Part shown: positions 54,055-59,268 of the stretch, one piece after another
How the letters are laid out: the number at the start of each line of letters is the position of its first letter
How positions within the stretch are numbered: position 1 is the stretch's first letter
Assembly: GCA_022574775.1 (NCBI GenBank)
Contig: JACZRI010000004.1
Coordinates: 1 to 59,268, forward strand
Source of the DNA: Patescibacteria group bacterium
GTDB taxonomy: Bacteria > Patescibacteriota > Minisyncoccia > Minisyncoccales > RBG-13-36-15
DNA length: 59,268 nt
Direction: 5' to 3'
Notes under the pieces: generated by a model
Seen by the model: the letters and a program-made list of their open reading frames with translations, nothing else
Told to the model about the DNA's origin: nothing
Databases searched by the model: none
Program-made: the position numbers and the translations under genes

Positions 54055-54156
54055 AGCTGCGGGGCTTGGACGACGTTAGAACCTCTCTCCAGGATATTTT
54101 ATGTCCTATTTCTGTTTAAAATGGGTATTACCCCACCCCGCTACTCACTATTTCTT
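54055..54156 (-). repeat. type II boundary element, copy F
   Basis: The minus strand reads AAAGAAATAGTGAGTAGCGGGGTGGGGTAATACCCATTTTAAACAGAAATAGG..CCTGGAGAGAGGTTCTAACGTCGTCCAAGCCCCGCAGCT. Confidence 0.8.
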
Positions 54157-54248
54157 TATTTAAAAAGCAAAAGTCTCCTAACTGGCTGCTAAGAGACCTT
54201 CTTGAGCCGAAGCCCTTATTGGGAGATGGGAAATCAGTTGTTCAGGTC

Positions 54249-54509
54249 TCATTCTCCCTTGATGTTTTGGTGATATTCTTTACGATAGCGATTGAAACGT
54301 GGTCGCCAGCTTATCCAAAAGGCTGACGCAATCCAAAGGAGAAGAATAATCACCAAGTCAAAAACGTCAAGAGAAGCGAAGAGTGGAAAGCCTATAAATA
54401 TACCAATGAGTAGTGCAAAAAGAAATAGATGGGTTTCAATCCAGAATCCCTTATCTCTTATTATTTTTCGAACAACCCAGTCCATCATTTTACTGTCGTT
54501 TTCTTGCAT
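54249..54509 (-). CDS. small membrane protein (86 aa)
   Basis: Start moved to MQENDSK (ATG 54509), 4 nt after GGAGGTAAAA. Two TM helices. Confidence 0.45.
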   Translation of the reverse strand: MQENDSKMMDWVVRKIIRDKGFWIETHLFLFALLIGIFIGFPLFASLDVFDLVIILLLWIASAFWISWRPRFNRYRKEYHQNIKGE

Positions 54510-54528
54510 TTTTACCTCCTCTATTCCT

Positions 54529-54557
54529 ACTATACATCCATACTTTAAATTTGTCAA
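54529..54557 (-). promoter_or_regulatory. promoter TTGACA-17-TATAGT
   Basis: The minus strand reads TTGACAaatttaaagtatggatgTATAGT, 19 nt before the ATG. Confidence 0.6.
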
Positions 54558-54558
54558 G

Positions 54559-54682
54559 AAAAAAATGCCAGGGACAGAGTTGCTATTCTCTACCCCTGGC
54601 TTGAGGTGGTTAGGCTGGTAGGCTTTACCGAAATAGGGAGGGAACCCTAAGATTTTCGGCTTAGCACCACAGCCAGACCTAT
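54559..54682 (-). ncRNA. candidate independent small RNA (~120 nt) with its own promoter-like box and terminator
   Basis: Lies between TTGACA (54711-54716) and the hairpin GCCAGGG..CCCTGGC plus U7 (54559-54600). Internal stems are CCGAAA/TTTCGG and TAGGG/CCCTA. The terminator loop carries GCAACTCTGT. A separate promoter for the next gene follows. Confidence 0.35.
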
Positions 54683-54718
54683 CTATAAGTTAGCATAGAT
54701 TACAAATACCTGTCAAAC

Positions 54719-54744
54719 AAAAAACCGCCTTCTTGGCGATTTTT
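54719..54744 (-). terminator. T-hairpin terminator copy
   Basis: Exact core. The U-tract is fused to TTGACA. Confidence 0.65.
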
Positions 54745-54757
54745 AAGAATAAAAGAG

Positions 54758-55354
54758 CTATCTACCTGCGTTCGGGATTTTAAGCCATTTATTCGCTGTC
54801 AAATGCCAGTCTGCAACATTTGCTTCTTGGATTTTATCCCATAGTCCTCTTGCAGATTTGGTATATAATTTTTCGTTGCGAACCTGTTTGCGAAACCTTC
54901 TCCATTTTTTCGGTAATTGCGATCCTCTTTCCTCAAGCTCTTTGAGTTCCAAGTCTATATCTAAATTATCTGCGTCTTTCACAATTTTTGCTTCTTTTGA
55001 TTTTCTTTCTTCATATTCTTTGAGAATATCTTTATGAAAATTAGCTAAACTTGTTTTTGTAAAAGTATCTTTTGCTGCCAGGTTTCCTTGCTCTTTCACA
55101 TAAACCTTTTGAACGTAGCTATGATCTGCTGTCCTTATTTCTGCTATATCATGTATCAGGGCCATTTTGATAATTTTTTCTTCATTTTTTACTTTCTCTT
55201 TTCTTGCAAGAATGAGGGCTAACCAGATAACTCGTAAAGTATGTTCTAAAACACTTGCGCAGTCCATTCCTAAATGCTGGCGCCATCCTCGCGGGACATT
55301 GCGAAGCGATCCAACCTCAAATAGAAATTCTATATCTCTTTTATTCACAGCCAT
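54758..55354 (-). CDS. HD-domain phosphohydrolase (YfbR-like 5'-nucleotidase family)
   Basis: ..EHTLRV.., ..LIHDIAE.. and ..D.LD.. are the H..HD..D metal ligands. Confidence 0.75.
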   Translation of the reverse strand: MAVNKRDIEFLFEVGSLRNVPRGWRQHLGMDCASVLEHTLRVIWLALILARKEKVKNEEKIIKMALIHDIAEIRTADHSYVQKVYVKEQGNLAAKDTFTKTSLANFHKDILKEYEERKSKEAKIVKDADNLDIDLELKELEERGSQLPKKWRRFRKQVRNEKLYTKSARGLWDKIQEANVADWHLTANKWLKIPNAGR

Positions 55355-55417
55355 AATTTAATTTTCGGATATTATATTTATTCTATATCAAATTTTTTAA
55401 TCGAACAAGCCAAAAAC

Positions 55418-55441
55418 AAAAAAACCGCCTTCTTGGCGATT
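55418..55441 (-). terminator. T-hairpin terminator copy
   Basis: Exact core, preceded by M2 copy H. Confidence 0.65.
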
Positions 55442-55447
55442 GATTTT

Positions 55448-55486
55448 CATAGCTGCGAGGCTTGGGCAACGTTAGAACCTGTTTAA
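55448..55486 (-). repeat. M2 core copy H
   Basis: The minus strand reads TGA-TGTTAAACAGGTTCTAACGTTGCCCAAGCCTCGCAGCTATG, starting right at the Nudix stop. Confidence 0.75.
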
Positions 55487-55488
55487 CA

Positions 55489-55896
55489 TCAATTTAATGA
55501 GAATAATGCCTTCAGCCAATCTCCTCTAAGTGGTAATTGTTTTATATCATCCTTAGTAAACCATTTCACGTCTAATAAATCTTCTTTATCAATTTTTAAT
55601 TCTCCTCCTATTATTTCACCCTCAAAAAAGTTTAATTCTATTATTTTATCATTATCCTTCTCCCCACCTTTGTATTCTGACCCAGCTACTATTTTAGATT
55701 CTAATTTTCTAATTATTTTAATAGTATAACCAGTTTCTTCTTTTGTTTCCCGTATTGCACTTTCTTCTAACGATTCCTCTGGATCCACGTGTCCAAGAGG
55801 AATTGACCACAATCCCAAAGATTGCCCTTTTTCTTGAACCAAGAGAATCCTATCATCTTTCTCTATGTAAACACCAACTACCTTGACTTTATCCAT
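55489..55896 (-). CDS. NUDIX hydrolase
   Basis: Nudix box GHVDPEESLEESAIRETKEETGY. Confidence 0.85.
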   Translation of the reverse strand: MDKVKVVGVYIEKDDRILLVQEKGQSLGLWSIPLGHVDPEESLEESAIRETKEETGYTIKIIRKLESKIVAGSEYKGGEKDNDKIIELNFFEGEIIGGELKIDKEDLLDVKWFTKDDIKQLPLRGDWLKALFSLN

Positions 55897-55937
55897 TATT
55901 TCATTCTATCAAAAAACCGCCTTCTTGGCGATTTTTT
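55897..55937 (-). terminator. T-hairpin fused to extended -10 TGATAGAAT, 6 nt before the ATG
   Basis: The minus strand reads AAAAAATCGCCAAGAAGGCGGTTTTTTGATAGAATgaaataATG. Confidence 0.65.
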
Positions 55938-55954
55938 AATAAATATTGGATATA

Positions 55955-56479
55955 TTATGATTTACTACTTAAACGCATATAAATACACTTTGCTTTAAGT
56001 CTTTTAGGCCACTCTGCCCAATGACGATAGAAAGCCTTTTTCTTTCGGTCAATCTTAAATCCCCATTTTTTATACATATTAATTGTTTTAAGTTGATGCG
56101 CGTATATATCAAGGGTAATATCTTTACGCTTAGCAAAATTTAAAGCATGCTTCCAGAGTTGTTTCCCTATTCCTCGCCCTTGATACTTAGGCAAAACGTA
56201 AAATCCTCTTAGCTCATACTCCTTACCTTTATCAGTACGAGTAATGGAACCTATCATCTCTGATTTTAAAAAAACGACCCATGTTTTTTGCTTTTTAGTT
56301 AAGGTAAGATTTGATCTCAGATAATCTTGTATTCTTAAAGAAGAAAATACTTTTTTTGAGAAATGTTTCTTTGTTAATCCGATTTTTTTATTGGTATAAG
56401 CATCTTGAAATGTTTTTTGATGCAAAATGGTATATGCGACGAGGTCACTTTTTTTCGCTAGTCTTATGGAAAGTTTCAT
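55955..56479 (-). CDS. GNAT-family N-acetyltransferase
   Basis: Acetyl-CoA motif ..VLPKYQGRGIGKQLW.. Confidence 0.8.
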   Translation of the reverse strand: MKLSIRLAKKSDLVAYTILHQKTFQDAYTNKKIGLTKKHFSKKVFSSLRIQDYLRSNLTLTKKQKTWVVFLKSEMIGSITRTDKGKEYELRGFYVLPKYQGRGIGKQLWKHALNFAKRKDITLDIYAHQLKTINMYKKWGFKIDRKKKAFYRHWAEWPKRLKAKCIYMRLSSKS

Positions 56480-56510
56480 AAATAAAGTTAATGAATAAAT
56501 GTATTGTTTA

Positions 56511-56541
56511 ATCCTACCAAAAAACCGCCTTCTTGGCGATT
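56511..56541 (-). terminator. T-hairpin fused to extended -10 TGGTAGGAT
   Basis: The minus strand reads AATCGCCAAGAAGGCGGTTTTTTGGTAGGAT. Here the ATG is 31 nt downstream. Confidence 0.6.
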
Positions 56542-56560
56542 GATTTATGGCCTATCAAAT

Positions 56561-56656
56561 GGGACTCAAAACGAACCCGTCTCGGTCAGGGTGTTTTTAA
56601 GCTAAAATGAGACAAATGAGACACTACTTAAGGGTATATTTTGGTGTCTCGTTCCA
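56561..56656 (-). repeat. module 5 repeat, copy 1
   Basis: The minus strand reads GAGACACCAAAATATACCCTTAAGTAGTGTCTCATTTGTCTCATTT..CCCTGACCGAGAC. It contains the GAGACAC/GTGTCTC hairpin. Confidence 0.75.
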
Positions 56657-56717
56657 AAAAATTGTGGATCTTTTTTAGGCAGTATACCTTTAATTTCTTA
56701 GCGCCTTTTTTCTTTCT

Positions 56718-57941
56718 CTATTCAATAAATGTTAGCGCCATCCCCCGTTTATTCCAACGACCGGTCCGACCGATGCGATGAATGTAGTCAGTATAGGTTG
56801 CAGGTATGTCATAGTTTATGACGTGACTGATGTCTGCAATATCCAGTCCACGGGCTGCAACATCAGTTGCTACCAGCACCTGAATGTTATTATTCTTGAA
56901 TAAACCCAGGGCTCTTTGGCGCTGAGAGTTATTCTTGTTTCCATGTATGGATTCCACCTTAAAACCGTTGTTAAAAAGCGTTTTTGACAGTCTCTCCACC
57001 CCGTGCTTGGTTCTTCCGAAGATAAGAACCTTGTTGAATTCTATCTGATTTAAAAGTTCATTAAGAACATCTAATTTGGTCTTTCCGCGCTCTATTCTGA
57101 TAATATTCTGTTCAACGTTTTCTGCGGTGTCTCTGGTCTTGACCGAAACCCTGATCGGGACCCTAAGAAACTCTTTAATAAACCTTTCTATATCATGGGA
57201 AAGAGTGGCTGAGAAAAAAAATACTTGGCGATCTTTAGGCATTCCATTCATTATGAAACGGGTGTCATTTATAAATCCCATATCAAGCATCCGGTCTGCT
57301 TCATCCAGCACTATATTATTGAACCTGGATAAATTGATCATTTTTTTCTCTGCCAGATCCTTCAATCTTCCGGGTGTTCCGATGATTGCGTTGTATTTGT
57401 AGCGGAGATTTGAAATCTGCCTGCCTATACTCATTCCCCCTACGCAGCAAACGGAAAACAGCCTCATTCCCTTGGTAAATGATTTGAATTCCTGATCTAT
57501 CTGCAAGGCAAGTTCTCTAGTCGGAGCAATAATCAAAACCTGTTCTTTTGGGTTAATTATGATTTTATTGATTAGAGGTAAAAGAAAAGCAGCTGTTTTT
57601 CCCGTTCCGGTATTAGCAACTCCAACAATATCAGAACCGTTGATGGCGTAAGGAATAACCTTGTCCTGAATCGGCGTAGGCACTTTATAACCCCTGGCCG
57701 CAACAATCTGCTTCAGGCTTTGGTCAATCTTAAAATCCTGAAACTTGTGTTCAGGTTTAAAAATATCAACTTTTTCGGCCATAACCGCTTTGTTGATAAA
57801 TTTGACGGGGTTTATTCTTTCCCCGCCCGAGCCCTTCTTCTGTCCCCTATTAAAGGAATTAGAACGGCCTCTTCTCTTGAATCGAGAAGATTTGAACAAG
57901 AATTTTCTTGATCTATCGTTTTTAAAACTTCTTCTGTGCAT
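56718..57941 (-). CDS. DEAD-box ATP-dependent RNA helicase with basic N-terminal extension
   Basis: Motifs ANTGTGKT (I), DEAD (II), SAT (III) and HRIGRTGR (VI). Confidence 0.9.
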   Translation of the reverse strand: MHRRSFKNDRSRKFLFKSSRFKRRGRSNSFNRGQKKGSGGERINPVKFINKAVMAEKVDIFKPEHKFQDFKIDQSLKQIVAARGYKVPTPIQDKVIPYAINGSDIVGVANTGTGKTAAFLLPLINKIIINPKEQVLIIAPTRELALQIDQEFKSFTKGMRLFSVCCVGGMSIGRQISNLRYKYNAIIGTPGRLKDLAEKKMINLSRFNNIVLDEADRMLDMGFINDTRFIMNGMPKDRQVFFFSATLSHDIERFIKEFLRVPIRVSVKTRDTAENVEQNIIRIERGKTKLDVLNELLNQIEFNKVLIFGRTKHGVERLSKTLFNNGFKVESIHGNKNNSQRQRALGLFKNNNIQVLVATDVAARGLDIADISHVINYDIPATYTDYIHRIGRTGRWNKRGMALTFIE

Positions 57942-58140
57942 ATTTTTTAAAGGGAATTACCCCCATAACATCTAGTCATTATAAATAAAAAAAGGCGACT
58001 AGTTAGTCTCCGAGTTTTCAGATAAAACGCTAAGGCTTTAAAATTTTTAAGAGAGTGTTCCTAAAAAATAAAAACTATGAGATTCAATTATATTAATAGT
58101 ATATATCAATACTAATATTTTGTCAATCTTTTATACCTGA

Positions 58141-58173
58141 ATTCTAACAAAAAATCGCTAATAAGGCGATTTT
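58141..58173 (-). terminator. T-hairpin variant (AATCGCCttattAGCGATTTTTT) fused to TGTTAGAAT
   Basis: The stem is ATCGC/GCGAT. TAGAAT lies at 58141-58146. Confidence 0.5.
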
Positions 58174-58219
58174 AGAATTCGTAAATAACGAGTCTCGGTC
58201 ACCTGACTTAGCATAGGAT

Positions 58220-58305
58220 GGCTGCGGGGCTTGGACGACGTTAGAACCTGTTTGATGGCAATTTAGCAGGGGGGTCGTCTAGCGGATGAAATTAGAACCT
58301 GTTTT
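58220..58305 (-). repeat. M2 core, full copy plus a degenerate tandem half copy
   Basis: The minus strand reads AAACAGGTTCTAATTTCATCC..(31 nt)..AAACAGGTTCTAACGTCGTCCAAGCCCCGCAGCC. Confidence 0.75.
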
Positions 58306-58309
58306 GGAT

Positions 58310-58341
58310 AAAAAAAGGCCTCTGAGCGAAAGCTAGAGGCT
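58310..58341 (-). terminator. intrinsic terminator
   Basis: The minus strand reads GCCTCTagctttcgctcAGAGGCCTTTTTTT. Confidence 0.65.
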
Positions 58342-58357
58342 TAGGAAATGAATATAA

Positions 58358-58615
58358 TTAAAGACGCCTTATCTTCTTATTGAGTGTCCTTAGTTTTATC
58401 CAACCGATAAAAAGGAAACAAAGAGCAGTAATAATCGTAGCACATCCTAATACAAGTAGCAGTATCGCACCTTGGTTCGGTAAATGACTTATTCCAATAC
58501 CAATTGCAAGTGCAGAGAAAGTCCATATAACAGGATTCTTGATCCAATCAATTCTTTCTTTCCATTTTCGCCATTCATAATTAAGATCGCTTCTTCTATC
58601 AACGTCTAGCTGCAT
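58358..58615 (-). CDS. small membrane protein
   Basis: 85 aa with two TM helices. Confidence 0.4.
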   Translation of the reverse strand: MQLDVDRRSDLNYEWRKWKERIDWIKNPVIWTFSALAIGIGISHLPNQGAILLLVLGCATIITALCFLFIGWIKLRTLNKKIRRL

Positions 58616-58684
58616 TACTCATAACCCCCTTCTGGTGTGCTGTTTTCAGCTTAGCAAGTCTTAAAAATATATCAAGCCTGAAAC

Positions 58685-58709
58685 CAAAAAACCGCCTTCT
58701 TGGCGATTT
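58685..58709 (-). terminator. T-hairpin terminator copy
   Basis: Exact core. Confidence 0.65.
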
Positions 58710-58769
58710 TCTCGTAGCTGGCATCCTCGGTCTAGAACCTATGTTTTAAGGGGAAATTCGGGGGTTTGG

Positions 58770-58863
58770 GGCGTGTCTCATTGACGTGTCTCGGTCGGGA
58801 TGCTTTGTTCGGGAAATGAGACAAATGAAATAGTCCTTAAGGGTATGTTTTGGTGTCTCATTT
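58770..58863 (-). repeat. module 5 repeat, copy 2
   Basis: The minus strand reads GAGACACCAAAACATACCCTTAAGGACTATTTCATTTGTCTCATTT..CCCGACCGAGACACGTCAATGAGACAC. Confidence 0.75.
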
Positions 58864-58955
58864 TGGAATCTTCCTTCCGTCGCGCCCAGCGCAATAACCA
58901 AATCCTTAAATCTCTTTTATTGAAGTATTAAAACACGAGTAGTTTTTGTAAATAT

Positions 58956-59264
58956 TCATTGAAAAAGCTTTGCTAAATTTTGATTTTCTCTTGCAGAAAC
59001 AATAATCCTAGAAATAGATATTAAATTGGAAATTACGGCAATTAATATTAATGTAGGAAATATTAAACCTGTTATTCCCGCGAACATAATAAGAAGAAGT
59101 CTTCCTGGTCTTTTAAATTTAGGCCCATACCACACAAGATTACGATTTGTTATGTCGCGGTGCTTGGCAGGTAGATAATTAAGAAGTGCAAGCCCCATGA
59201 TCGCAAATGTTGCAATGGGCCAAACTAATGCATTTTGACTAATTATCCAATAGCCATAAGCCAT
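58956..59264 (-). CDS. membrane protein
   Basis: 102-aa ORF with three hydrophobic helices. It lies next to the window edge. Confidence 0.4.
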   Translation of the reverse strand: MAYGYWIISQNALVWPIATFAIMGLALLNYLPAKHRDITNRNLVWYGPKFKRPGRLLLIMFAGITGLIFPTLILIAVISNLISISRIIVSARENQNLAKLFQ

Positions 59265-59268
59265 ACCA

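Noticed and set aside
54559-54682. Guanidine-I (ykkC) riboswitch or 4.5S RNA
   Set aside because: It shares only CUUAGGGUUCC with the ykkC 5' consensus and GCAAC..CUCUGU with E. coli 4.5S. The remaining conserved blocks of both families are missing. A separate promoter lies between this element and the next gene.
13974-57975. Numerous 60-170-aa ORFs antisense to or out of frame with long conserved genes (for example 16467..16769, 18517..18720, 21490..21750, 25888..26259, 36222..36623, 37892..38407, 40845..41162, 50479..51039, 57076..57402)
   Set aside because: Each lies entirely inside a well-supported CDS on the opposite strand or in another frame. Their composition is low-complexity (Ser/Leu/Phe/Ile-rich) and they lack start signals.
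43186-58305. Canonical integron attC sites (R''-L''..L'-R' with RYYYAAC / GTTRRRY inverted cores)
   Set aside because: GTTAGAAC (plus strand) superficially resembles GTTRRRY. However, there is no inverted RYYYAAC partner at the other end of the elements. The candidate GGGTAAC cannot pair with it beyond 3 bp. In the best fold the GTTAGAAC sits near the apex, not at the base of the hairpin. No intI is in the window. I kept only the looser 'integron-like logic' hypothesis.
41953-59268. CRISPR array
   Set aside because: The repeats are 25-120 nt, modular and variable. The 'spacers' are whole genes of 0.2-4 kb. There are no cas genes.
1-59268. Alternative genetic code (UGA recoding as in some CPR lineages)
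   Set aside because: Long conserved genes are uninterrupted under the standard code. TGA is used as a genuine stop, with downstream coupled starts (acs 21321, merA 46534, arsR 47934).
1-59268. tRNA or rRNA genes
   Set aside because: No T-loop (GGTTCGAATCC-like) or cloverleaf candidates, and no rRNA-like conserved stretches, were seen in any intergenic region. M2 (AGGTTCTAACGTCGTCC..) was tested as a tRNA 3' half, but the flanking bases cannot form a T-stem.

Overview
Low-GC bacterial contig. Hand counts give about 20-40% GC on most 60-nt lines. By inference it comes from a small-genome, CPR/Patescibacteria-like organism: many short membrane ORFs, type IV pilin paralogs, a partial glycolysis/gluconeogenesis block and few biosynthetic genes. 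The standard genetic code fits, because TGA is used as a stop for acs, merA and arsR. I recognised no rRNA, tRNA, CRISPR array, transposase or integrase.

Layout:
(1) 1..~760 is a foreign-looking high-GC head (about 68% GC on line 481-540). It is fused to an N-terminally truncated fatty-acid desaturase that also carries an in-frame TAA.
(2) 1.7-13.7 kb holds plus-strand genes: PH-domain membrane protein, HDAC-like deacetylase, CAP-domain protein, metzincin-like protease, PD-(D/E)XK nuclease, a MazG/PEP-swivel fusion, a tandem-duplicated ThyX, rpmE and prfA. It also contains a 450-bp GC-rich, strongly structured locus at 7.5-8.0 kb.
(3) 13.7-41.9 kb holds minus-strand core genes: lytic transglycosylase, L25, class I FBA, FBPase, ppsA, pilin, acs, pilin, gap, glutaredoxin-like, apgM, eno, NAD(P)HX dehydratase, galU, ftsZ, greA, PPIase, ispG, ispH, typA, a MacAB-like efflux operon and an RRM protein.
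(4) 41.9-59.3 kb is the most unusual part. About 18 short, functionally unrelated transcription units all lie on the minus strand, and the array runs off the window edge. Each junction is built from a small set of conserved modules:
- M1, a three-frame stop block;
- two alternative variable centres;
- M2, a 29-nt core (AGGTTCTAACGTCGTCCAAGCCCCGCAGC);
- T, a near-identical terminator hairpin (AATCGCCAAGAAGGCGGTTTTTT) whose U-tract is fused to a promoter.
Many genes appear leaderless, with a -10 hexamer 6-10 nt before the ATG. The organisation is cassette- or integron-like, but it does not match canonical attC and no recombinase is in the window.

A non-canonical mer-like operon sits inside the array as one unit: ArsR-type regulator, MerA, a CxxC membrane protein, TlpA, CcdA and a nonsense-interrupted paralog.
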